Origin: Lophium mytilinum
Taxonomy: Eukaryota
Length of the DNA stretch: 64,000 nucleotides
Direction of reading: 5' to 3'
Assembly: GCA_010093605.1 (NCBI GenBank)
Contig: MU004189.1
Span: forward strand, 1,681,834 to 1,745,833
The translations under genes were made by a program, and so were the position numbers. Positions 48,325 through 60,300 of this stretch are shown here, in pieces. The notes beneath the pieces are model-generated. The model saw nothing but the letters and a program-made list of their open reading frames with translations, did no database searches and was not told the DNA's origin. How positions within the stretch are numbered: position 1 is the first letter of the stretch; each line of letters opens with the position of its first letter.

Positions 48325-50243
48325 TCAAGGAGCGATTGTGTCGTTTCTAGATGTCGTGTTGTCTTTGACATCTGAGATTCCTGTCTTGGTCTCGACATGC
48401 TCTTCACTGAGCACTTGCCGTACAATAAAAAAGCCCGTAACTACCCCACACCCAGCAATGCATGCGTAGAATACCCAAATGAATCTCAGACTCCACGCGA
48501 ATGCCTCTTTGACTGCGCGTTGTTGGTTCGCGTCTTGTATGGCACCGATCAATAGAATATTGGCGGCAGCCTCACCCCCGGAGAATTTCTGGACCAGCGT
48601 GTCTTGCACACCAGCGGCCTTCAAGAATGGTGCTCGGGTCTCCATGCAGTTCTGGAAGATAACGCCACCAATTACGACGGACAAGGACGTGGCAAGGTTC
48701 CGAATGAAGCCAAACGTTGCTGTAGCCGTCGCTACGTCTTTCTGTGGCACGGAAGCTTGAAGTGCAATAAGCGGGGGCTCGAAAAGCAATCCTCCGCCGA
48801 ATCCTGCTATGGTCTCGACTACGATGATTTCGGCTATCGAAGACCTAACATCAAAGTGGATGTATAACGCCGTGCCGATAGTAAGCAAGACTGTGCCGAC
48901 CCAAATAATCTTTAAGTATCGTCCACTAAAACGTTTCAGTGCTTTTGCTAAACATTTCTTGGATTAATAGACTAACCTGCGGTGTATCGCGAATCCAGCA
49001 GTGATGCCCATGAGGGCTGCCCCGAAGGTTATAGGGAGAACAAGGAGACCAGATCTCGACGGTGATGCACTGTGGACGGATTGAAAGTAAAGGGGCATAT
49101 AATATTCCCCAGCAACGAACACCTGTTATGAGAGATTAGTATAGACTCAAGCCCTGAGCTTGAATCGAAGATTTGTACTTACAACCCCGTGTAAGAAGCA
49201 AAGTACCAGACTTGCAACATTGGACCGGTTCCGAAAGAGGTCCAAAGGCATAAGCGGATATCTTGCAAGCCTTTTCTCGCTAAAGACAAACAGGATAGAC
49301 ATGAGACTTCCGAACACGATGAGGCAGATGACCGTAGCAGACTTCCAAGCGAATAGCACGCCTCCGAAATCAAGCCCCAGAAGTAGCATGAGAGTCAGGC
49401 CAAGAATGGACATGCTTCCCCACCAATCGATTGCCTTGATGCCTTCTAATATTTTCGTCTTTGGGTTGTGTACATCCAGAAATATGAGGATTAGAAAAAA
49501 AGTGATACCGGAAACTGGCAAGTTAATCCAGAAAATCCATCTCCAGGATACATATTCGGCCAAAACACCCCCAATAATGGGGCCGATACCTCCGGCTAGG
49601 GCCCACACAAATTCTAGGAGACCTAGGTATAGACTACGACTTCTACACAATATAAGTTAGCATGACAGACCATCACTCTTCCAACTTTGGGCACCTACCT
49701 CATGCTGAATAAGTCTGAGATAGTGATGTTCACAAGTTGGATGAGTCCACCACCAGCAGTGCCTTGGAAAGATCTTCCTACAATAAGTAGACCCATTGAG
49801 GGTGCTTTCGCACACATGATGGAGCTACCAAAGAACATGGCGACTGCTGCTAGCAGGATTGGCTTTCGCCCCCAAATATCAGATAGCTTGGACCAAATGG
49901 GCGAACCGGCAGCATTTGCGAGAAGATATGCACCGCCAACCCATGTATAACCAGATGCAGAATTCAGTTCGGAAGATATAGTCGGAATTGCCGTTGCTAC
50001 AATTGTCGCGTCTAAAGCGGCTATGAAAAGCGAGAGAAAAAGAGCCACTAGAATCGCAAACATTCGGAACCTAGTTCGAGGGACTGCTACTGGCTCGTCG
50101 ATGCTGAATGCTTCAATGTCAATTGAGGCTGCCTGTGCAGGCTCTGGACGAAGGCCATGAGAAGGGGAAGGTGGAAGTTCAGCGCTTGCATCATCGGCCT
50201 TGTTCACATGCGTCGAAGAAAAAGTGGTAGTTTGAAGGTCCAT
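48325..50243 (-). CDS. MFS efflux pump, DHA2 (14-TMS) family, multi-exon
   Basis: 'LFIAALDATIVATAIPTI', 'KLSDIWGRK', 'GPIIGGVLAEYVSWRWIFWINLP', 'IDWWG', 'FIRNLATSLSVVIGGVIFQN'. Confidence 0.92.
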
Positions 50244-50961
50244 ATTGAGAGGTGACGATTGGCGCGAAGAAATCCAAACGAGAGCACCCGCAATTTGTAT
50301 AGATTATACCTGGGGAAAAAGCATAAATTGAGTCATTGACCCCGCAGTGAGAAAATAGCGGTCAAGTCCTGCGCTTACGTAAAATAGCGACATATCTAGT
50401 GTTATCGATGGAAAGCTTGATAGACTAGAATTGATAAACACTCTTAGGAGAAGACGGCGACTAGAGAAATTTGCGGACGCCGTTGTACGGCGTGTTTTGA
50501 TAGGATACTAGTAGCGCTGGCGGGGCTGATTTCGCTCGCTACGTCTATCTATTAACTACCTTCCAAGAGAAGCGAAACCCTCCGGTCGAGGTTCAAATTC
50601 GTGTACAGACCTTTTCATAAGACACTTATCAAGCTCGTATTGTTCACTTGTCGACCGAATCTGCAATCTTCGGAGCTTCACTTTGAGGCGCCGGTCTACC
50701 AAGAACAGCCACAGGCACTCGGAGTACCGCACGGAGGATTCCAGGATGTGGCACAGATGCTGACCATGGCCATAAAGAGGTTTGATATCTTGGTGCTTAC
50801 TCGGGTTATGTACAAACCTGGGCACGCTGGACATAGCAAAAAATAGCATACTCTTCAAGCCCTCCGTCGCCGACGTGTACGCCCATCGCGGCTTGGCTAT
50901 GATAAGAGTGCCACCTTTCTTATGCCTTACGTGATCAGTAATGCTCCCGAAAAGATTCCTA

Positions 50962-51710
50962 TCAACATCCGGCGCTGAACTTGATTATGATGCTTTGTCG
51001 AGTGATAGTCTCATACAGGCCAAACGCAGACACGGTCCGTAAGCAGATCTCTTCCAACCTCGCAGTCAATTTTAGACTGTTCTTCTCTTTTGGTAGTGGT
51101 CCACTAGTCTCAGTCGTTGCAGAACTTGACGTTCGGCCAAAGAAGCCTTTCTTGGCTGGCCTTTGTGGCAATGGTGGCTGGACATCCCCGGTCGTGACCG
51201 TAGACTGCGATGATGTATCCAGAGTTTCATTTAATGCTCGCTCCAGCTCTTCTACGACACCACGCTGCTTCCAAAACTCAAGACGGTTCACGTGGCCTTC
51301 GAGTTGGATTCGCTGCAGCTCCTCGGGGAAGCCAATAATCTCCACTTGAGGCCCATCGGAGGTCTCGAAGTCATATTCTGTATCTCATGGTGTTAGTGGC
51401 ACCTGGAACCCGTGGAGAACGGCATTTTAGGCGAAACAAGGCCCGTACCTGACTTGACTTTGTCTTCTTGCGGGAGCACCACATCTGAGGGCATGAGCGC
51501 GATGTTGATGCTCCCAATGCCGTACGTAGCCTGTTGGGAGATCAATGGATAAACGTGTTCATTAATCACACTCGCGATCTGCTCTTCTCGGATAGCGCGA
51601 ACCCTGTCGCGGATATGCTGGCCATCGGAGGTGTTGCTGGTATGGTACTGGCTGTGAAGGTGCGCATTGGTACTCTCCTCGTAGCACGGAAGGGCACCGT
51701 CTTTCGACAT
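50962..51710 (-). CDS. Hypothetical fungal protein, 2 exons
   Basis: ATG 51710. GT-AG intron 51378-51448 joins two ORFs in frame, ending 'LEEICLRTVSAFGLYETITRQSIII'. Confidence 0.75.
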
Positions 51711-52547
51711 TGTAAGTCTTGAGAAGGATGGACAGTAGGATTCAGTCGGATAGGTATGCCGAGCAGCGTCCACCTGACTGTGTAGGATCTCTAGGGACCA
51801 GAAGCGCAATTCCGGTGAGTACTTGGCGTTAGAGCCTGGGTGGGGTTCCGCCGGCGTGTCTGCCTTGGATGATGGACGTAAATGGTAGAGTGATGTCGGT
51901 TAGTGTAACAATGAGCGGATTCTGTTATACGGTGCGGGCTTGGCCCCTTGGGTCTGCTCATGTGCTCAGGTGGCCTAGAAAATGGGGCCAGCTCAAAGGT
52001 GTTCCCAAGGTTCCAATCTAGGCACCCCAAAATATCCTGACGGCCGCCTAGGCAAGCCTTCGAATGAGGCTGGCGGTCAGCTTTTTGGGCAGCTGGGGAA
52101 AAGAATGAGGGCTTTGTTTGCGAAATAGTCTACTGTTGCAGTCTCCTGTTCTTAGCAGCGCCGGGAGCAGCGCATCGAGGTGATCAAGTAGTGCAAGGCG
52201 CAGGCAGGGGCAGGGCTTTGCGCGCCACAAGGCTGATTCTTGCCGCCACTGTCCGAGCGCTTTCCAAGCCAATCCCTGCCAATCAAACCACGATCCTCAT
52301 TTCATGCATGGTTCACTTTGAGCTCTGAAGCTGGGGAATGTGCCTCATTCACATGGTAGAAACCGGGAGACTTATTGGCCAGCCCATGGGTCTTCGCCGG
52401 CCGTGAGTACATATAAAGCCACAATGGCGCAACACTTTTACAACTCCTAACACCGCTGCACTTATTCACCCTCTTGTCAAGAGTGTTTGTTTCAGGAAAC
52501 CCTCCGCATAGTCCTCTCTCTGAAGTACCGTAGACTCCTTGCCTAAT

Positions 52548-54170
52548 ATGGCGATCCTCCCATGGTATCATGTCGCCGAGGCGAACGAGTACCTCGTAAG
52601 TTCCTAGCATGAGAACACTACTTCACGTTCACTAACATATTACAGGTCGTCACTGGCGCAGGTATCGACAAAGTCTTGATAAAAAAGAAGGTCAGCGTCG
52701 CTCTGCCCTTAGCATATTTGAACTGCATCTAACGTACCGTAGGCATGGGTTAAACCCTTCCAGAGAGTGTCCAAGATCTCTCTCACGCCGTTCGACTTCA
52801 ACATCACCCTCCAGGCTATGACCGTCGAGAAGCTCAAGTTCTCTTTGCCTGCCACCTTTACCATCGGTCCTGACGACGCACCTGAGTCCCTTCAGAAGTA
52901 CGCTGTGCTTCTTACTGGCGAGTCCGATGGGAGCGCACCGATCCCTGCCGCAAAAGGCGCCGTCGCCGCTGGCCGCAATCATGTACAGGACATCGTCAAA
53001 GGCGTCATCGAGGGCGAGACTCGTTCCATCGTCTCGACAATGACGATGGAGGAGCTATTTCGCGAGCGCCAGGTGTTCAAGGGCAAGGTCATCCATGGAG
53101 TCCAATCAGAACTCGACCAGTTCGGACTTCGAATCTACAACGCAAACGTCAAAGAGCTACAGGACACACCTGGATCCGAGTACTTCACCTCATTGTCTCG
53201 GAAAGCCCATGAAGGAGCCCTGAACCAGGCGAAGGTTGATGTTGCCGACGCACGCATGCGTGGTGAGGTCGGCGAGGCAGAGAAGCAAGGCAAAACAAAG
53301 CAGGAGGTCGCAAAGATCCATGCGGCAACTGCAGTCCTTGAAACCGAGCGCAAGGGTGAAAAGGCCCTAGCAGACGCTAAACTCACTGACAAGGAGATCA
53401 AGATCGAGAAGGAGCTCAATCTTGCGCGTATAGAAGCTAAGCGTGCCGCCGAGCAGCGTGATGCGGAGCTCAACACGGATGTCGAGAAGAAGCGCGCAGC
53501 TATGGAACTGGAACGTCTCCGAGCAACCACAGTCACGGCTGCCAAGATCGCGAAGGAGTCTGAACAGCAGAAGGCGGACGGAAGGCTATATGCCCAACAA
53601 CAACAGGCTGAGGGTCAGAAGTTCGCAGAACAGGCGGACGCTGAAGCTGCGGCATACCGACGCTTAAAGGACGCAGAGGCAAACTTCCAGGCCCGCGAGC
53701 GCGAAGCAGAGGCAAACTATGTTGTCGCAAAGCGTGCTGCGGAAGCTGACTATTTCCGCCGCGAGCGGGATGCTGAAGCGGCTCTCTTGTCCCGACAGCG
53801 TGAAGCCGAAGGTCTGTCTGCTATGGCGAAAGCCTATGGAGATATGAGCAATGTCCTCGGGGGCCCACATGGCCTTATGCAGTATCTCATGCTGCAAAAC
53901 GACACGTACGAGAAGCTCGCGAACGCCAACGCCAATGCTATCCGTGGTCTGGCGCCCAAGATCAACGTTTGGAACACGGGAGCCCAAGGGGAAGGTTCTG
54001 CATCAGATCCCACTGCACCCATCAGGAACCTTTTCCAGAGCTTGCCACCACTCCTGAGCACGATCAATGACCAGACAGGTATTCAGCCCCCTTCGTGGTT
54101 GGCACAGATGCCCCAAGCGCAACAGCAGGTCGTGAAGCAAGGTCCTAATGGTGTCCATGGCACCGAGTAG
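52548..54170 (+). CDS. floA: Flotillin (SPFH/Band 7 protein), 3 exons
   Basis: 'WYHVAEANEYL|VVTGAGIDKVLIKKK|AWVKPFQ' (introns 52596-52645, 52691-52742). 'AMTVEKLKFSLPATFTIGP', AE-rich coiled coil. Confidence 0.92.
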
Positions 54171-54847
54171 AAAGAAGAGTGATTTTTTTTGTTGACTTGT
54201 ATATAACTGCTTTGTATGGTGTTTCCACATGGTTAGTGATGTGGCGAAGGGCCGGGGCGTCTCGTGGCTATACACCTCTTTTTGTAGCTCGGTATGGGGT
54301 GCAAGGACAGAGACAAGAAAGTATCTAATGTGGCAACAATCCCAAAAAGACAAAAAATAAATAAATAAGTAAACAGCATGCTGCCCCCAGGATTCATCAG
54401 CCGTCTAGGACTACTCCCATTTGACACGAGATGTGACGCACGACGCTTGCAAAGATATGAAATTATCGAGTAGCTTGAATATGGGCTAGCAGACGGGTTT
54501 TAAAGAACTTGGCTGGAACTCGGCAGCATGCTGGCGATCACGTTAGAATTGATGGGGTTGAGCTACACGACGCTGTGACAAGTAGTGAAAAGAACATCGT
54601 CGGGTCCTGGTAACCTTTTTGGCTGCGAAGCCTGCCTGTTCTGTATTGTCGATATTGGAAGTGTAGAGTCCATGCGTCTTCAGGAAACACTAGTAGCTGT
54701 TTGCCAGTTCGCCCTGCCGCAGGATCACTTCAAGGCCCAGCGGTTGGCACTCCCTTCGAGATCCCGCAAGTAATCGAAAGCCGTATCGAGAGCTAACTTT
54801 CGTCTCCATACTCCTTTCTCGTCATGTCTCGTCTAATTGGGATGCTC

Positions 54848-55453
54848 TCATGCCTCATCTTTCCTGACTCCCTCACCATCAAACCCTAGATTGTCCAGCA
54901 TCCTGATGAGCTCGTTGATCTTGATAACCTTTTCGAACTGCTCTGGGAGAAGCGTGTCTCCCTTCTCCTTCTTATCCTTTAGCTCACGAGCTTGCCGAAG
55001 CTTCTTCATCAACTTCTTCGCCTCCTTTTCCTTCTCTACTTCGAGATCGACCTCGGTAGGGGGTTCCAGTTCTTCCACCTGGGGGCCTTTGCCGTCTGCT
55101 GACTTTGGGGCGTCGCCATTTGTGCTCCCCTCCTCGACGTTCCCGTCTGCTGCAGCGCGCTTGCGCGCTTCTCTCCGCTTCGCATTTTTGTTTACCGCGC
55201 CACTTGCCGGAGCAGCCTTCTTTACAAGCGGCTCTGCTCCGGGCACGCCTCCACTACCGCGGGTCTTCCATGCTTCAGCAGTGCGGTTCTTGTAGACCTC
55301 GACGTCTTCCGGCGGGCGGTAGCCTGGACGTACGCGAATTTCCTTGCGTACGGAGCCGTCGGGGCGAGTGCTGGAAGGGATATGTCGTTCGCCTGTGTCA
55401 GAGGTTGTAATGCCGGATTTGGAGGAAGATGGAGTCGTTGGGACGGTGGGCAT
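54848..55453 (-). CDS. PYM1: Partner of Y14 and Mago (PYM/WIBG), exon-junction-complex disassembly factor
   Basis: 'HIPSSTRPDGSVRKEIRVRPGYRPPEDVEVYK' and 'KKLRQARELK...LLPEQFEKV'. Confidence 0.92.
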   Translation of the reverse strand: MPTVPTTPSSSKSGITTSDTGERHIPSSTRPDGSVRKEIRVRPGYRPPEDVEVYKNRTAEAWKTRGSGGVPGAEPLVKKAAPASGAVNKNAKRREARKRAAADGNVEEGSTNGDAPKSADGKGPQVEELEPPTEVDLEVEKEKEAKKLMKKLRQARELKDKKEKGDTLLPEQFEKVIKINELIRMLDNLGFDGEGVRKDEA

Positions 55454-56235
55454 GGCTGCTGGCGCGATCTGCGGAGACAGTGTAGGACGAGAGAGCGAAT
55501 TATGTAGAAAGGGATCGGGAAAAGCGCCAGCCTCGCGATCGTAAGAGCAGGTCGTGATGGCTTTCTTCAGGAAGCATAAGCGTGCGGTTGCGGCCAGCGG
55601 GTGGCACTGGAAGAGGCCTTGAGGTCGCGCAAGGCGCGATGATTGCGAGGCAGCTAATTAGCCCTTTGCACTCCCAGTCGAGCCGCCGCGCCAAAGCTGG
55701 GAATGCAGGAGTGCATCAAAGAGAAGGTGGTGAGGGGTTGACTTTGGTGCGAGGGCTGAGCGCCTTGTTGGACTCCCCGCGTGTCCTCTTCCTTCGGGCT
55801 ACACGAAACAAACAGTCTTTCACGCCCATGAACTAATAATTGGATGAAGAGTTATGGACGCAGGCACCGCTTCTTATCAATTGCGCCCTGGCATACCTCT
55901 TTGCACTTCCAATCAGGTCTAACTGGCCGCGATACAGAATCAGGCCGCTTCAAACCCACTAATGTGCGGCTCATCTGTCTTCGATAATGTTCTAGAGAAC
56001 CTCCTCAGTATGCCTTATGCAAATGTACACCAGCATAGAGAGCGTGTGCCATGCAGTACCTGTGTAGGGAAATAATGTTGAACAGTGCCTGACCGGGACG
56101 AGGAAACTCGCGCTAAGCAGCCCGAGCGTTTGCACCTCGATCCATTGCTCGCGGCAAAACCACCTGCAACCTCACCTCACGCCGACAGCAATTACACACA
56201 CCCCACCACTCCGCTCTCTCCAGGTTTCCTTTGCA

Positions 56236-56655
56236 ATGGCAGGCGTAAGCGTGTGCTCTGAATTGACTAAACGGTTTCTCGAAGCTGACCCCCGCGCGAT
56301 AGATATCATCCGGCCTCTACAAGCACGTCTCCACGGCCTACCAATGCTAGACGGATATCCAGGGCTAACCCTCTCCGCAGTGCCTTATTCCGTAGGAACA
56401 CGGCCATGCTAGGCGCCGTGTTCGTTTCGGCATTCGCCATTGAGATGTAGGTGGTTACCGAAAGCGCTCCGGGCAGATGGGGTGCTAACCGGGCACCAGT
56501 GGTTTCGACACCGGTTCGACCAAGGTGTGGGATGCCTTAAACAGAGGAGTAAGCAGTTTTCAGGTTGCATCGCGGGACATCGAAGCTGATGGATGTTGTA
56601 GCGCCAATGGAAGGACATCAAGCAAAAGTACATGGAGGCCGCCGAGGAGGAGTAA
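56236..56655 (+). CDS. QCR9: Cytochrome bc1 complex subunit 9, 5 exons (absent from the ORF track)
   Basis: Exons 56236-56244, 56303-56322, 56381-56446, 56500-56548, 56602-56655 give 'MAGISSGLYNALFRRNTAMLGAVFVSAFAIEIGFDTGSTKVWDALNRGRQWKDIKQKYMEAAEEE'. Confidence 0.93.
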
Positions 56656-57349
56656 GAATGCCGCCATCGACACTGGATAACATCATACCCTTGCGACATT
56701 GAAGAGGCCATACTGGTGGCACCGGGTGGATCTTCTTCATGATCGGTGGATGGTTCGCAGCTAGCACTGTATATTGGTGTATACATATTGGGGCTTCAAT
56801 GATTGCTCAGCCTATACTCAGCTTTGCGGACTTGCGGAATGAACTTGCACTAAACGCTTCACCTTCGTCTTGATTACTTTTCACTGATACTCTCACGCTG
56901 GGCTTGTTTTGATGTATAAGTGAAGCTCTTTCCGTATCGTCAGCTTGATGCAATGCTTGCTGCCGCGTGAGCACCACGCCACCAGGAAACAGCCCTACAT
57001 AGAAAAACAGCTTTGAATTCACACAGCCCATGACTGTCACAGTCCCAAGTAGGATCGCAATTGTAGGTCCGGCGTTTTGTTGTTCCATATGCGGCCAACT
57101 TGCAGAGACCTCCGAGCTGATGACGCTTCTCCAAGCGACTCCGTCTTCTCGCGCCTCTTCTTTCAACAACAACAACACCACACGCCAGTCGCCGACGCCA
57201 CTCTATTTGTACAGCTTGTAGTGAACGAAGCCAAGAGCTAATATAAAGTATAACAGGCACCATAGAATACAAATCGCAGGCGTGCGGTGCCTACAACATC
57301 GCCGGATCACCCCCACCTCCCCTCACCACCCTCCGCTCCAGCACCCGCC

Positions 57350-60300
57350 ATGCTGGTCTCTCCGCAAGAGCAGGCGCTCTGTCTAGCACTCCGCGACTTT
57401 CCAGCCCATTTCAACTACCGCTATACCGATGAAGCTAGCCACGAGCTTATCAAACTGCTTTTCCAGTCTCTCGCCCTTGACCGAGACGAATACCTCCGTT
57501 TCTTCTTCCCACAAGGACCACCTCCGAAATCAGAAGAGCCATGGAGTTTGAGGAAGGCACAGGGGGCTGTAGAAGGCGCGGAATATACTGAAGCCGCACG
57601 AGGACAACCGTGTGGACATATTTTCAAGAGTGGCGAGGCTACATACCGGTGCAAGACATGCACTGTCGACGATACATGCGTGCTATGCGCGCGATGCTTT
57701 GACGCGTCAGACCACGACGGCCACACCGTGTATGTCAGCGTGTCGCCCGGAAACTCAGGATGCTGCGACTGCGGCGACGAAGAGGCATGGATCCGGCCTG
57801 TCCACTGCAATATCCACTCTATCTCTCTCGAGGCACAATCTAAGGCTACAGGGAAGGCAAAGGAAGGCTCCGCCCTTCCGGAAGAGCTACTAGAAAGCAT
57901 ACGGATCACGATATCCAGGGCGCTCGACTACATGATGGATGTTTTTTCATGCTCGCCGGAGCAGCTAAGGCTGCCTAAAACAGAGCAGTCCATCATGGAC
58001 GATGAGCGGCAGTCACGCTTGACACCGAAGTGGTATTCCGGCGGGGACCATACTCACGTCAACGAGGAATATGCATTGGTGCTTTGGAACGACGAGAAGC
58101 ATACCGTCAATGATGTCCGGGATCAGATCTCTCGCGCTTGCAAGCAACGGAAGAATTTCGGGCTTGCCAAGGCATACGAGGTTGACGATATAGGTCGGAG
58201 TGTTATTGTGTATAGCACGGATCTTCAGGAGCTTCTTCGAATGGCCAAAATCATTGAGGAGATCAAGCTCACCGTTACTATCCGATCGGCTAGGGACACC
58301 TTCCGAGAGCAGATGTGTGGCACGATCATAGAATGGATCTCCGATATTGCTGGATGCAGTGTTGGGAACGATCACCAGATCCTCCGCAGTACTCTCTGCG
58401 AGGAAATGCTTAAGCCATGGCGGATTGGAAGCGAGGCCCACCACCAGCACATAGGGCGCGATGGCATCGACGATCACGAAATCGAGGAACGGGATGAAGA
58501 AATTACCTTCATAAATCGTTACTTCGTGGCTCAGAGGCGAGCTGCAGCTCGTGACCAACAGAGGCAGGGAGAAGATGACGAGTCCTCTGACGACGATACG
58601 TACGAAGAATATGATGAGACAAGCGCTGGCGACGCTGCTGAGGATATGGATCTCGATGATCTTCTAGCCAACGACGGGGACGGTGACGTTGATATGGATG
58701 CATCCGACGGTCCTGATGATGAGCTCGAAGTCTCCGAGGCAACTATTGCGGGATACCCTCCCCCGCCGCCACCACCTCCACCGCCACCAACTGTGCCCGC
58801 CCACACAAGAGCTCCGTTGGCGCCGCGACGAGAACAAGACCACACACCGGCAGATTCCGATACGGACATACCCCCGCCCCTGCCCCCTGCCGTTGCCCAG
58901 GCCGAGCCATCTATCGAAGTTCCTAAAACGCCGAGAGCGAGACCAAGATCACTGCGGCCTCCAAGACCACCAAAGTACTGGTTAGAGAAGCCAGAGGGGT
59001 ACGGAAAGAAGAGCGATACGCCTCCACATGAGGATCTTTGGCAGCGTCTTCGTTTGGACTTCATGATTTTATACGATTTGAGGATGTGGAAGAAGATTCG
59101 GATCGATATGCGTGATGTCTTCATCAGCACTGTTGTCACGATTCCTCATTTCAAGCGACTCCTAGGTCTACGCTTCGCTGGTGTATATACCACACTGGCC
59201 CAGCTTTACTTGATAGCAGACCGGGAGCCGGATCACTCTATCATTAACTTGTCACTCCAGATGCTCACGACACCGTCCATAACGGCGGAGGTTGTCGACC
59301 GAGGAAATTTTCTTACGAACCTCATGGCAATACTCTATACCTTCCTCACGACCCGCCAAGTAGGGTATCCGTGGGACGTAAATCCAAAAGCTACATTGGC
59401 TTTTGAACAGGGCGCGGTGACAAACCGACGAATGTATCACTTCTTCCTGGATATGAAGTACCTCATCGGATCGGATCACGTCAAGGAGAGACTTTGCGAT
59501 GAGGAGCGCTACTTGATGCAATTTTTGGATCTGGTGAAACTTCATCAAGGCATATGCCCCAACGTCCGAGCAGTGGGTGAACATCTCGAGTATGAGACAG
59601 ACGCATGGATAAGCGCTTCTCTTATTACCAGAGAAATCAACAAGCTCTGCAGACAGTTCTCTGAAGCTTTCACGTTGAGGAGAGATGAAGACGCTGCTAA
59701 CATCTGTCGTGCAATCCGGAGGACAGCAAAAGTGGCCATCACCAACTCTATCGGTGCAGAACGCAAACGGTTTGACCAGGCCGAAATCAGAGCGGAAACT
59801 AGGTTTAGAACCTTGGAAGCGTTCGAATTCGATTCAGATTCAATAACTGCATCAAGCCCGGGTGACAGGATTGTCGATTTCGTTGTAGCTAAAGAGCCAA
59901 TGAGCTTCCACCATGCTCTACATTACACTTTGTCCTGGCTCATTGATCGAGGCAAGAGCATGTCTCGGGATCGGCTCTGGGGCTTACTCCTGTTTTCTGT
60001 CCAAGAATTGCGAGAGCCACCTATACCTCATGGTGCATTGATTCCCGAACTCCAACCAGACGAGTATCTCCTCGCTCTGTTCGACTTTCCCCTGCGAGTC
60101 TGCGCTTGGCTTTCTCAAATGCGAGGCGGCATCTGGGTTAGAAACGGCATCACCCTTCGCCACCAAATGTCCACATACAGGAACGTTGGACAGCGGGATG
60201 TCTCTTACCAGAGAGACATATTTCTTCTGCAAACCGCCTTGGTCATCTGTAACCCCGCGGCTTTTCTTGCATCTATGGTTGACAGGTTCGGCCTGATGCA

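Noticed and set aside
23900..51800. Starship-type giant transposon
   Set aside because: No tyrosine-recombinase captain or element boundaries are recognisable. Only the unidentified relic at 25.1-26.1 kb leaves this open.
57287..57349. N-terminal extension of UBR1 from a GTG start
   Set aside because: The ATG at 57350 has a good context (GCC-ATG). The extension is an artefact of the alternative starts allowed in the ORF track.
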